Shown here: one piece after another, positions 46,036 through 55,747 of the stretch
How positions within the stretch are numbered: position 1 is the stretch's first letter
How the letters are laid out: each line of letters starts with the position of its first letter
IMG/VR virus record: IMGVR_UViG_3300009071_002060
Coordinates: 1-64,000 of that record
DNA: 64,000 bases
Source of the DNA: an uncultured virus (IMG/VR IMGVR_UViG_3300009071_002060)
Lineage: Duplodnaviria; Heunggongvirae; Uroviricota; Caudoviricetes
Strand: one strand, 5' to 3'
Notes under the pieces: generated by a model
Told to the model about the DNA's origin: nothing
What the model saw: only the letters and a program-made list of their open reading frames with translations
Database searches by the model: none
Made by a program: the position numbers and the translations under genes

Positions 46036-48258
46036 ATGATATTTGGTTATTTTACATTAATATCCGCCCTGATTATAAGTGGTATAGCGGCCTACTATTC
46101 AATTATTGGTTTGACTGCTATATTCGCGGCGGCACTAGTACCTATTATTGTTATGGGCGTTGCCCTTGAACTAGGTAAAGTTGTGTCAGCTGTATGGCTA
46201 CATCGAAATTGGCACCAAGCAAGAATATGGATGCGAGGATACTTAACCTTTGCAACCATAGTACTAATGTTCATTACAAGTATGGGCATATTTGGTTTTC
46301 TAAGTAAAGCACATATTGAACAAACGAGTGCAAGTCAAGAAAGTGTAGCTCAGATCGAGCGAATTGTAACGGAAATAGCCCGTCAAAATAGTATTATTGA
46401 ACGATCCGATAATAAAATTAAGAAACTAGAAACTACTGGGACTGGAACAGATGCTAATATCCAATCTCAAATTGACAAGGAACAAAAACGTATTGACAGT
46501 GCATATAGTCGTGTAAAACCGGCTATCGACGAACAACAACTAATTATCGATTCGCAGGCAGAAATATACAAAACTGAATTACAAAAAATTGATAATCAAC
46601 TTCTTGCATTACAATCATATATTGAAGCAGGCGAAATCAAAAAAGCACAACAAATGGTAGGCTCTAAAGCAGACGGACAGTTTGGTCCAAAGACTGCTAA
46701 GGCGTTTACAGAGTTCCAAGAAAGAAAAACACTTGACAGGTCCAAGTTGCTAACAAAAATTGAAAACTCAATTAATGATGAAAGAGCAACAGCGGCACGT
46801 GAAGAAATCAAACGTTTACGTAAATCAGTTGAAACTCAGATTGCTGACAGTAATAAGTTAATTAAGAAGTTACGCAATAAGATTTCAGCCGTTGATACCA
46901 ATGATGATATTGAAGGACAGATAGATGCTTTTAGACTTAAGATCAATGACGCAAATACAAAGATTGATACGTTAACAGAGCAAAAATATACTATTGAAAC
47001 TGAATATCGTAAACTTGAAGCCGAAGTAGGTCCTGTAAAATATATTGCAGAATTTATATACGGTGAAACCGCAGATCGTACTATGCTTGAAGATGCAGTA
47101 CGTTGGGTTATTGTAATACTTGTATTAGTATTTGACCCGCTGGCTATTTGTTTAATATTGGCTGGTACTCAACAAATCATATGGGGCCGTAGGCTCAAAG
47201 CTGAGACTGTTGAAAAGCCAGACGATCATCCAGATCCAGAACCTGAAAAGGAAACGGATCATGATCCAGAAGAGGATGAGGACCAACAAGAAAAACATCT
47301 AGACGCCGATGAAGTCTCCGGCGAACCAAAGAGACTTCAGCTTGAATTGGATCAAGCTACATCTGACTTACACCTTGCCGCGGAACTAGCCGCTGAATTT
47401 GAGAGCCGTAATCAACAAGCGGAAACTAGGATTGCTGAATTGGAGAGCGCCTTGGCGCAGGCGGAAGGTGAAGACACACCTATAGAGGATACAATCATTG
47501 AAGAGATTGAAGTTCATGGTGTGGAAATTGACGAACCTGAATACGTTGCTATTGATGAAGATTTAGATGAGACCAAAGAACCGCCAATGCCTGAGCCTTC
47601 TGAAAAGTTTCAGAATACTGTTTGGCCGGAAGAACTAGATAAAGATCCAGTAGCAGAAGTTGATTCAGCAATTGAAGAAGTGATTGAAGAAATCGTTATT
47701 GAGGATGTTACAAACGAAAGTACGGAAGAACAAATCGAAGACAAAGTACAAGAAGAAGTACAAGAAGTTTCTGATTTGGAAAGTGTCGCACCAGACGAAA
47801 CCAGGGAACAGTATGTCGAACCAACAACTTTGCTAGACGGTGACAGTTCAGCAACAACTGGTCCACTTTCCAAAGAAGAAAAAGAAGAAGTAGAACTGCA
47901 ATTAAAAACAATTGATTACCAAAGAGGTACTGGAAAAGTATTACAAGCAAGTCCACTATTTGAAGCAAAGCCAGACAATACTACTGTAATACAAAGTGGT
48001 TTTGGTAGTATGTTTCCAAATGACAGTAATGTTAAAAGAGGAGATATGTTTTTAAGAACAGATTATCTACCTAGTAGACTGTTCAAATTCAATGGAGATA
48101 CTTGGATAGAAACATCAAAAACTTTAAGTAACAGTTATGTATATGATACTAAGTACGTAGAGTATTTGATTGACAAACTTCAAACAGGAGAGTATGAGCT
48201 CGAAGATTTAGAAGATCAAGAACAAGAGCAAATACGAGATTATTTACAGAATGTATAG
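46036..48258 (+). CDS. membrane protein with a long coiled coil, PG-binding-like motif and acidic tail
   Basis: Three N-terminal transmembrane helices; coiled coil with AQQMVGSKADGQFGPKT; a further transmembrane helix; E/D-rich C-terminal region. Confidence 0.8.
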   Translation: MIFGYFTLISALIISGIAAYYSIIGLTAIFAAALVPIIVMGVALELGKVVSAVWLHRNWHQARIWMRGYLTFATIVLMFITSMGIFGFLSKAHIEQTSASQESVAQIERIVTEIARQNSIIERSDNKIKKLETTGTGTDANIQSQIDKEQKRIDSAYSRVKPAIDEQQLIIDSQAEIYKTELQKIDNQLLALQSYIEAGEIKKAQQMVGSKADGQFGPKTAKAFTEFQERKTLDRSKLLTKIENSINDERATAAREEIKRLRKSVETQIADSNKLIKKLRNKISAVDTNDDIEGQIDAFRLKINDANTKIDTLTEQKYTIETEYRKLEAEVGPVKYIAEFIYGETADRTMLEDAVRWVIVILVLVFDPLAICLILAGTQQIIWGRRLKAETVEKPDDHPDPEPEKETDHDPEEDEDQQEKHLDADEVSGEPKRLQLELDQATSDLHLAAELAAEFESRNQQAETRIAELESALAQAEGEDTPIEDTIIEEIEVHGVEIDEPEYVAIDEDLDETKEPPMPEPSEKFQNTVWPEELDKDPVAEVDSAIEEVIEEIVIEDVTNESTEEQIEDKVQEEVQEVSDLESVAPDETREQYVEPTTLLDGDSSATTGPLSKEEKEEVELQLKTIDYQRGTGKVLQASPLFEAKPDNTTVIQSGFGSMFPNDSNVKRGDMFLRTDYLPSRLFKFNGDTWIETSKTLSNSYVYDTKYVEYLIDKLQTGEYELEDLEDQEQEQIRDYLQNV

Positions 48259-48634
48259 CAATTTTGTTACACCACCAGATTTTGTGGAAGATGATTACCA
48301 TAGTGTTCTTCTAATAGATCCTGTTGAATCGCAAGTAATGGACATTTCATTACTATGTAAAAGTGTTGGGTCAGATTTTAATGTCTATGTATACCTTGAT
48401 CATTACAATGACTATAAATGGTTAGAGGAAGCATTTAACAGAAGTGATTCAGTACTTATTAATACAGTACCGAATTCTAGTTCAAAAGTTAAGGATAAAC
48501 TAGTTGAACATCATAAATCACAACATTACGGTCCTAAACGTTTCTTTGATAACGATAGGCGTATTGAACTTCCAATTGAGTACTTTATAAACTATGTCAA
48601 AAAACATTCAACAAGCCAATATGCTGATTTGTAA
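48251..48634 (+). CDS. hypothetical protein
   Basis: 127 aa coupled ORF. Confidence 0.7.
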   Translation: MYSNFVTPPDFVEDDYHSVLLIDPVESQVMDISLLCKSVGSDFNVYVYLDHYNDYKWLEEAFNRSDSVLINTVPNSSSKVKDKLVEHHKSQHYGPKRFFDNDRRIELPIEYFINYVKKHSTSQYADL

Positions 48635-49847
48635 TTTTTGCGAGAAAGCAAAAAACGAAGTCAATAAACTTATAGTCGCAGATGGTGCGGCCATTTGTAA
48701 TGAATGTATAGAGACTTGCTCAGGTATTATCACTAACGAAAAGTATACCGCAAGGTACAAAAAGTCGGGTATTTTTAAGAGTCTTGACCCGCTAAGAGTT
48801 AAAAAATACCTCGATGAGTTCATCATTGGCCAGGATAGTGCAAAAGAAGCTATCAGTGTAGCAATTATAAATCATTATAAAAGACTGTTCTATAATACAA
48901 CAATTGAGTTAGAAAAAAGCAATGTTCTATTACACGGTCCAACTGGTAATGGTAAAACAATGCTGGCTAGAATTGTGGCTAAGTTTTTAGAAGTGCCTTT
49001 TGTAGTATGTGATGCTACTACACTTACTGAAGCAGGTTATATAGGCGAGGACTCAAGCAGTGTCATTGAACGATTATTAATGGCCGCTGATGGTGACCTT
49101 GAACATGCAGAACGTGGCATTATTTTTATTGACGAGATTGACAAGATTGGTCGTGTAGCAGATGCACACGGAAGTGTTGGGCGTGACGTCGGTGGCGAAG
49201 GTGTGCAACAAAGTTTACTAAAAATACTTGAAGGCGGAGATATAAAAGTATCTTATAACGACGGAAATCATAAAGAAGAAATTGACTTTAATACCAAAGA
49301 TGTACTTTTTATTGCCGCAGGTGCTTTTCCTGATTTACAAAAGATAGCATCTAATAATGCAAATAAAGGATCAACAATAGGATTCGCATCAGCGATTCCG
49401 GATCCTAATCAAGTAGTAACTCCAAAGATAACAGATTTTGTGCAATACGGAATGATACCTGAGTTCATGGGACGGTTTCCTATTACAATACAAGTTAAAG
49501 AATTAACTGACCACGAAATGCGTCGAGTGCTAACTGAGCCTAGAAACAATCTTATCAAACAATATTTTTTCTATTTTGATGTTGACGGTGTTAAGTTAGA
49601 ATTTAGCCATGATGCTATTGATGCTGTTATAGAATTAACTGCTAAAGAAAAAATTGGAGCCAGAGGACTTCGTGCAATCATTGAAAAAGTATTGCACCCA
49701 CATATGTTCAATTTGAGAAATTTGAAAAATAGTAACGTAAAGAAACTAACTATTACAGCCGACACAGTATTAAAACAACAACAACCAATACTTGAATACC
49801 ACGACGAAAGGGGAATAGAAAATGACACAATTGAGCTTGGATCTTAG
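48594..49847 (+). CDS. clpX: ClpX ATPase
   Basis: CNFC..CNEC zinc domain, GPTGNGKT, DATTLTEAGY, IDEIDK, RDVGGEGVQQ, IGF loop, GARGLR. Confidence 0.92.
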   Translation: MSKNIQQANMLICNFCEKAKNEVNKLIVADGAAICNECIETCSGIITNEKYTARYKKSGIFKSLDPLRVKKYLDEFIIGQDSAKEAISVAIINHYKRLFYNTTIELEKSNVLLHGPTGNGKTMLARIVAKFLEVPFVVCDATTLTEAGYIGEDSSSVIERLLMAADGDLEHAERGIIFIDEIDKIGRVADAHGSVGRDVGGEGVQQSLLKILEGGDIKVSYNDGNHKEEIDFNTKDVLFIAAGAFPDLQKIASNNANKGSTIGFASAIPDPNQVVTPKITDFVQYGMIPEFMGRFPITIQVKELTDHEMRRVLTEPRNNLIKQYFFYFDVDGVKLEFSHDAIDAVIELTAKEKIGARGLRAIIEKVLHPHMFNLRNLKNSNVKKLTITADTVLKQQQPILEYHDERGIENDTIELGS

Positions 49848-50238
49848 TATATCGGGAGACCAATATGAGTTTGACCTGGGAGACGAACCTGTTACTAATA
49901 CTATCACTATCACTGCTCCTGATACGGTAAATGCATCGTTTACGTTGAATTCATCTTATGTAGGCGGTTCCACTATTACTGTACCAACGAGTAGCATTAC
50001 TACCAATTCGGGTTTTAATAATTGGCTTACCACGCAAGAAAATTCAACGTTGACTGCTGATGACCTTGAAGTTCAAAATGACATTTTAATTGGTGGTAAA
50101 AGTGTAAATGCAACTCTTGAAGCTATTTGTAAGCATTTGGGAGTAATTGTACCAAAAGAAGGCGATTTAGATACGCCGGGTCTCAAAGACCTATACGAAA
50201 AGTATGAAATTTTATCCAGTTTGGTAAAAAAATCATAA
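49822..50238 (+). CDS. hypothetical protein
   Basis: 138 aa, Thr/Ser-rich. Confidence 0.65.
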   Translation: MTQLSLDLSISGDQYEFDLGDEPVTNTITITAPDTVNASFTLNSSYVGGSTITVPTSSITTNSGFNNWLTTQENSTLTADDLEVQNDILIGGKSVNATLEAICKHLGVIVPKEGDLDTPGLKDLYEKYEILSSLVKKS

Positions 50239-50291
50239 ATAATTTTGTAGAAGCTCTTGACTTTTAACGTAAGAGTAACTATATTATATAT

Positions 50292-50352
50292 GTAGGTGCC
50301 GATTAGCGGGCCTACTTACATTAATCTTGCTTAATAAAGGAGATAGCAAATG
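50292..50352 (+). ncRNA. ROSE-like RNA thermometer in the hsp20 5' UTR
   Basis: 5' hairpin GTAGGTGCCG-ATTAG-CGGGCCTAC; 3' hairpin ATCTT(G)CTT-AATA-AAGGAGAT sequesters the SD with UUGCU and a bulged G. Confidence 0.65.
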
Positions 50353-50778
50353 AATAGATTAACAACTCTCGACCTCAATAAACTCACCCCACATGCACTA
50401 GGTTTTGATAGCCTATTTGATGGACTGCTACGTCAAGTAGAACATGCTCCACAACAGGGGTTCCCACCTTATAACATTCGTCAAGATGAAAACAAGTTTC
50501 AAATTGAAATGGCTCTCGCTGGTGTAGAACTAGATGATCTTGATATTGAAACTGCTGAAGGAGTATTGACTATAGTTCATGATCCTAAATCAGATTCTGA
50601 CGAAGAAACAATGTTGCATAGAGGTATTGCAATTCGTAAATTTAAACGAAGTTTTACCCTTGCTGATGATGTACTAGTTAAAGGTGCCCGTATGAAGAAC
50701 GGTATGTTGTTCATTGAACTAGAGAAGATCATTCCTGAAGAAAAGATGCCCAAAAAGATTGCAATTTCTTCAAGCTAG
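50350..50778 (+). CDS. small heat-shock protein (Hsp20/IbpA family)
   Basis: GFD..FD, FPPYNI, IEMALAG, LHRGIA.RKF.RSF.L, NGML. Confidence 0.93.
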   Translation: MNRLTTLDLNKLTPHALGFDSLFDGLLRQVEHAPQQGFPPYNIRQDENKFQIEMALAGVELDDLDIETAEGVLTIVHDPKSDSDEETMLHRGIAIRKFKRSFTLADDVLVKGARMKNGMLFIELEKIIPEEKMPKKIAISSS

Positions 50779-50802
50779 TCGTATACTCAGTTAGATAAAA
50801 AG

Positions 50803-50840
50803 GTGCATAGGATCAGTTTATAATAATTGGTCCTATGCAC
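50803..50840 (+). terminator. long hairpin between hsp20 and clpS
   Basis: GTGCATAGGATCAGTT...AATTGGTCCTATGCAC. Confidence 0.6.
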
Positions 50841-50886
50841 TTAATTTAAGTAAATAGTATTATTAACATTTAAGGGTTATTAACTG

Positions 50887-51204
50887 ATGACAGACGCACT
50901 ACCAGAACAAGAAGTTAAGAAGAAAACTAAAGCAAAAGAAAATCTTAGAGAGCCGGTGCGTTTTCGTGTAATTTACATCAACGATGAAGTTACCACAACT
51001 GAATTTGTTGTTGAAACATTGAAGACTATTTTTGATTATGATGAGCAACCAGCCGTTGCACTTACTCACAAAATACATCAAGATGGTCTTGCAACAGTAG
51101 CAGTATTACCTTATGAAATGGCTGAACAAAAAGGTGTTGAAGTTACAATACTAGCACGAAATCACGGTTTCCCTTTACAAATAAAGATTGAACCAGATCA
51201 ATGA
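50887..51204 (+). CDS. clpS: ClpS N-degron adaptor
   Basis: FRVIYINDEVTTTEFVV, IHQDG.A, YEMAEQK, ARNHGFPL. Confidence 0.88.
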   Translation: MTDALPEQEVKKKTKAKENLREPVRFRVIYINDEVTTTEFVVETLKTIFDYDEQPAVALTHKIHQDGLATVAVLPYEMAEQKGVEVTILARNHGFPLQIKIEPDQ

Positions 51205-51680
51205 TATTTGCAAAAGCAAAAGAATTAAGAGATGAAGGCAAAACAGTAGGTATTACATTTAGTCAGTTTGACTTGTTACATGCAGGACATGTAGCAATGT
51301 TAAGTGAAGCTAAAAATCATTGTGATTATCTAATTGCTGGATTACAAAACGATGCCAGTGCAGTTGGACGCCCTGGTAAAAATACACCTATTCAAAGTAT
51401 AGTTGAACGACAAATTATGTTAAGCAGTCAACGTTGGGTTGATGAAATTGTTGTTTATAACACTGAGTCAGACATCGACGATATCTTACTTACACTTCCA
51501 ATTGATGTAAGAATTATTGGTGTTGAATATAAATCCAAGGGGTTTACTGGTGATCAAATCTGTAAAGATAGAAATATTAAAATAGTATACAACACACGAG
51601 ATCATAGTTTCAGTAGTTCCGGGTTACGACAACGTGTAACATTAATGGAAGAACAAAACAACCGTGAAATTATATCATGA
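51201..51680 (+). CDS. cytidylyltransferase (TagD-like)
   Basis: FDLLHAGHV, VDEIV, IGVEY, RDHSFSSS. Confidence 0.85.
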   Translation: MIFAKAKELRDEGKTVGITFSQFDLLHAGHVAMLSEAKNHCDYLIAGLQNDASAVGRPGKNTPIQSIVERQIMLSSQRWVDEIVVYNTESDIDDILLTLPIDVRIIGVEYKSKGFTGDQICKDRNIKIVYNTRDHSFSSSGLRQRVTLMEEQNNREIIS

Positions 51681-52575
51681 TGAGAATGTTCCTGATGATG
51701 CATCTGATGAACATAGAGAAGTATATCTAAAATTACCTGGAAATGAAGACTTTGAAACCATGCTTGATAAGTGTGGTGGCAAGTTAATAAATGACCATAT
51801 CTTGCACTTTCCGGTTAATGGTACTAAAACTGTTATACTCATAGCTGGTGGTCGCGGAGCATTAGAAATTCGCAAAGACTGGGATTTCCCAGCAGGACAC
51901 CTAGTTCCAAGTAGTTTGGTTCCACATTTCCAAGAACAAGGATACAATGTAACACTGGTACACAGTGGCGATTATCCATTGCCTTGGCTTATTAATGTAT
52001 TATTTTCTAAGATTCCTGGATTAGTGTTAAATGATAGATTTCAATTACCAAAAGTTTGGATGGAAAAAAATGCAACTTTCAATCTTAAACGTGCATTACA
52101 TGCAGTACATGTAATTAGTAAAGAACTTAAACGTGCCGTTGATATGAGCGATGTTCCAGTCTGGTTAATGGGACAATGTAGTAGTAATTATATTATGTCA
52201 AGATACTATCATCATTTCCAAGATACATCTCCAATCGAAGGACTTATATTTTCTGCTGTGAATAGCCCTCCTACTCAACTAGGAAAATATGCTAAAAACT
52301 ATTATGATCGTTGTAATTTTTTCAGACGGGATCAGCGGGTTACAGTACCTTTACATATTATACATCATGAACTAGATATATCAGATTACACTGATATTCC
52401 AACATGTCAGCTTATACTTGATCAATTTGAATTTGTTCAAAGCAGTTTAAATATTGTAAGTGGAGGGTACAACGAAGGTCACCCTAAAATGAACTTTGGA
52501 CATCATGGATTTAGAGGAATTGAAAAAGAAATTGCCCATTTGTCAATCAAACTAATGAATTCAATTGACAACTAA
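51664..52575 (+). CDS. alpha/beta-hydrolase-like hypothetical protein
   Basis: LIAGGRG, VWLMGQCSS, IIHHELD, GHHGFRG. Confidence 0.55.
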   Translation: MKLYHDENVPDDASDEHREVYLKLPGNEDFETMLDKCGGKLINDHILHFPVNGTKTVILIAGGRGALEIRKDWDFPAGHLVPSSLVPHFQEQGYNVTLVHSGDYPLPWLINVLFSKIPGLVLNDRFQLPKVWMEKNATFNLKRALHAVHVISKELKRAVDMSDVPVWLMGQCSSNYIMSRYYHHFQDTSPIEGLIFSAVNSPPTQLGKYAKNYYDRCNFFRRDQRVTVPLHIIHHELDISDYTDIPTCQLILDQFEFVQSSLNIVSGGYNEGHPKMNFGHHGFRGIEKEIAHLSIKLMNSIDN

Positions 52576-52620
52576 CTATAATGTGTTATAATAAAGACTG
52601 TAATTAGATAGGAAGAATTT

Positions 52621-53151
52621 ATGGACTTAATGTTGGATATTGAAACACTAGGCACTAGACCCAAGTGTGTTGTATTAACTATTGGCGTTGTGAAGTTTGA
52701 TCCTCGCAAACCCGGAACTAAACAAACATTATATTTAAAACCAAATATTGATGAACAATCAAATTTAGGTAGAGAAATACAAGAAGATACTGTAGCATGG
52801 TGGGAACAACAAGCCGACGATGTTAAAGAAGAAGCACTTAGCAATGACAATCGAATCTCAGTAACTGAAACATTAAAAGAACTTAACAAGTTTTTTGTCG
52901 GTGCTAACAATATGTGGGCTCAAGGTCCTGCATTTGATTTTGTTATTATGGAAGATCTTTACAGAGATTTTAATATGCCTACTCCTTGGAATTTTTGGCA
53001 GATTAGAGATAGTCGTACACTATTTGGTGTACACGGCGACCCAAGGCAAAAAGGTAAAGCAGGACTACACAATGCACTAGAAGATGCAATTAGCCAAGCT
53101 GAAGCAGTACAGACAGTATTCAAACGAATAGGATTTAGTCATGCGTATTGA
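52621..53151 (+). CDS. DEDDh 3'-5' exonuclease (Rv2179c-like)
   Basis: MLDIETL, GPAFD, RDSRT, HNALEDA. Confidence 0.85.
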   Translation: MDLMLDIETLGTRPKCVVLTIGVVKFDPRKPGTKQTLYLKPNIDEQSNLGREIQEDTVAWWEQQADDVKEEALSNDNRISVTETLKELNKFFVGANNMWAQGPAFDFVIMEDLYRDFNMPTPWNFWQIRDSRTLFGVHGDPRQKGKAGLHNALEDAISQAEAVQTVFKRIGFSHAY

Positions 53152-54286
53152 AAGTGATGTCAAGTTAGATTATAACAATGTACTGATTAGACCTAAACGT
53201 TCAACTCTAGGTAGTCGTAAAGAAGTTGACTTATCACGAAAATTTAAATTCCGCAACTATGGCGGAGGATTTGATCTTGGTCAATATGATTATGAAGGCG
53301 TGCCAATTATGGCGGCTAACATGGATGGTGTTGGTACGTTTGAAATGGCTGAAACATTGGCAAAAAAGAAAATGTTTACTTGTCTTGCAAAATCATATAC
53401 CGGTGATGATATAATCAATTGGCTTAACACATCAACAAATAATATTGCTGATATATCAGACTACTTTGCATATAGCATGGGCATTGTTGAACAGGATCTT
53501 GACAAGTTTGACTATGTTTATAGCTCTTATCCTGAAATGATTAAATACGTTTGTGTTGATGTAGCCAATGGTTATAGTGAACGATTTGTAGACTTTATTA
53601 GAAATCTACGTAAAGAGTATCCAAACATTGTTATTATTGCAGGTAATGTAGTGACAGCAGATCAGACTCAGGAGTTGCTTCTAAATGGAGCCGACATTAT
53701 TAAGGTGGGCATTGGTCCTGGTAGTGTTTGCACTACTCGTATACAGACTGGTGTGGGATATCCCCAACTTTCCGCTGTCATTGAATGTGCTGATGCGGCT
53801 CACGGTCTTGGTGGCCTTATTATCGCTGATGGTGGATGTACTTGTCCTGGAGATGTGGCAAAGGCTTTTGCAGGCGGCGCTGACTTTGTAATGCTCGGGG
53901 GTATGTTGTCTGGACATGTTGAAGGTGGCGGCGAGGTAATTACTAAGATTTACGAAACTAACGAAGTAACTAAAACTGATGACGGATTCTTTGAATTAGT
54001 TTATGAAGAAAAACAGTTTGTACAGTTCTACGGTATGAGTAGCAAAGCCGCAAACGAAAAACACTTTGGCGGGCTTAAAGAATATCGAAGTAGCGAAGGT
54101 CGTGAAGTACTGGTTCCTTTTAAAGGAGAAGTAGGAAATACAGTACAAGATTTGTTGGGTGGTATCCGAAGTACTTGTACATATGTTGGAGCAAACAATC
54201 TTAAACAACTAAGTAAGTGTACAACTTTTATAATTGCACAAAGTCAATATAACTCTGTGTACGAACATATGGATACATCAAAATGA
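53141..54286 (+). CDS. guaC: GMP reductase
   Basis: [57 protein letters not shown]. Confidence 0.95.
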   Translation: MRIESDVKLDYNNVLIRPKRSTLGSRKEVDLSRKFKFRNYGGGFDLGQYDYEGVPIMAANMDGVGTFEMAETLAKKKMFTCLAKSYTGDDIINWLNTSTNNIADISDYFAYSMGIVEQDLDKFDYVYSSYPEMIKYVCVDVANGYSERFVDFIRNLRKEYPNIVIIAGNVVTADQTQELLLNGADIIKVGIGPGSVCTTRIQTGVGYPQLSAVIECADAAHGLGGLIIADGGCTCPGDVAKAFAGGADFVMLGGMLSGHVEGGGEVITKIYETNEVTKTDDGFFELVYEEKQFVQFYGMSSKAANEKHFGGLKEYRSSEGREVLVPFKGEVGNTVQDLLGGIRSTCTYVGANNLKQLSKCTTFIIAQSQYNSVYEHMDTSK

Positions 54287-54594
54287 ATATAATTATTGGT
54301 AAGGAAATAGCTGAAGAGCTAGGAAAAAAGTATACAGTATTGCCTCTTGAACAACTAGAACGAGAAGGACAAATCATTGATGCTTTTTGTGTTATTCCTG
54401 CTGATAAGATTAACCTTGGCGAAATGGTTGCACTTGATGCTAACGTTAGAATGCACCATGCTTTCAATGAAGCATATGCCAACGAAGACTGGGATAAAAT
54501 GAAAGAAATTGCCGAACACCTAATAGGTAAGTTTGGTGGTGAATGTGATACATTTTATGAAGAATTGCTTAATAGACAGCCCACTGAAGCATAA
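54283..54594 (+). CDS. hypothetical protein
   Basis: 103 aa ATGA-coupled ORF. Confidence 0.7.
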   Translation: MNIIIGKEIAEELGKKYTVLPLEQLEREGQIIDAFCVIPADKINLGEMVALDANVRMHHAFNEAYANEDWDKMKEIAEHLIGKFGGECDTFYEELLNRQPTEA

Positions 54595-54666
54595 ATTAAT
54601 AAATACCATTGTAAAAATCAATAACAGATTACTTAATGATCATAAGTAGTCAGAAGGAAATCAGTG

Positions 54667-54867
54667 ATGGCTAGTAAAAATAAAAATGATAAAGTTTGGA
54701 TGATCCCCGAAGATGAAGACCGCAAACATGCAAGTTTTCATTTTGTTCACCCAAAGAGTTTATCTGCTACACGTGAAGGTAAAAAACTAAGAATGAGAAA
54801 GTATCACCCAGTTAAGCAAAAGCACGTTTGGTTTATTGAATCTAAAATGCCACCACATAGTAAATGA
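54667..54867 (+). CDS. rpmG: ribosomal protein bL33 homologue
   Basis: KLRMRKYHPVKQKHVWFIESK matches the bL33 C-terminal KLxxxKY[D]PxxxKHVxFxExK; small and basic. Confidence 0.75.
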   Translation: MASKNKNDKVWMIPEDEDRKHASFHFVHPKSLSATREGKKLRMRKYHPVKQKHVWFIESKMPPHSK

Positions 54868-54876
54868 GGCTAAACA

Positions 54877-55152
54877 ATGGCTAAGAAAAAACAAAGAGCA
54901 AGTCAAACTTCCAAGGGTGAAATTGGAGTTAACAAATCACTTCGTAAAGCATACAGAAGAGAGTATAAAGGAACATTGGCGCAGGCTATTAACCAACATA
55001 CAGCATGGAAAAAGTTTAAAAATGTTGTTCTAACTGTTCCAAATCCTAATAAGAACGAAACGGCTAAACCTTTTATTAGAGTAAATGCACGTGATTATTG
55101 GGGAAGTCCAAAACGTACCAGTGGTGTTTTGTCTAAATCAACCACACCATAA
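54877..55152 (+). CDS. small basic hypothetical protein
   Basis: 91 aa, K/R-rich, GAGG SD. Confidence 0.75.
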   Translation: MAKKKQRASQTSKGEIGVNKSLRKAYRREYKGTLAQAINQHTAWKKFKNVVLTVPNPNKNETAKPFIRVNARDYWGSPKRTSGVLSKSTTP

Positions 55153-55740
55153 TTTTACTGTATCGTTAACAATTTCAGTAGTTTTATAGTCGACCAATGA
55201 TTCATAATGATTTGAATTGATATAACGATATTGTATATCTTTGCGACAAGTCATTGATAGATTAGAGACTACGCCATCATTCTGGAAAGGACTTACCCAC
55301 GGAGTTCTTCCTTTTGTTGGAACCAATTGTATCCATGGAATATTAAATTTAACCTGTTGCATTCCAAGTACAGGATACGCAGTTGGGCTAACATCTTGTA
55401 GCAGTTGCCAAAATGGAAATATCCAACGTGTAACTAAAGCACTACCAAGTCCAAGATATGGTGTTGCGATAGTAATTCCAGTTTTAATCTTATTAGAAAA
55501 TTTTTTGTATAGATGGGTGGCATAAATCCCACCCATGCTATGCCCAATGAGTATACAATCACCTTCTAGGTCATTGAGACGATTGCACATAATAGGAAAA
55601 TTATATGCGAAACCTTTTTTATGATCGTAACTAAGATAACAAAAGTTAACACCTTTAATATCAAGTTTTTTTAATTCTCTAACTATTAGTGCAAAGCTCT
55701 TGTTACTAGCATTCGCACCATGAATAAGGATTATGTTCAT
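55138..55740 (-). CDS. alpha/beta hydrolase (lipase/esterase)
   Basis: LIHGAN, IGHSMGG, TPYLG, NDGVV, H. Confidence 0.85.
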   Translation of the reverse strand: MNIILIHGANASNKSFALIVRELKKLDIKGVNFCYLSYDHKKGFAYNFPIMCNRLNDLEGDCILIGHSMGGIYATHLYKKFSNKIKTGITIATPYLGLGSALVTRWIFPFWQLLQDVSPTAYPVLGMQQVKFNIPWIQLVPTKGRTPWVSPFQNDGVVSNLSMTCRKDIQYRYINSNHYESLVDYKTTEIVNDTVKLWCG

Positions 55741-55747
55741 CCTCTAT

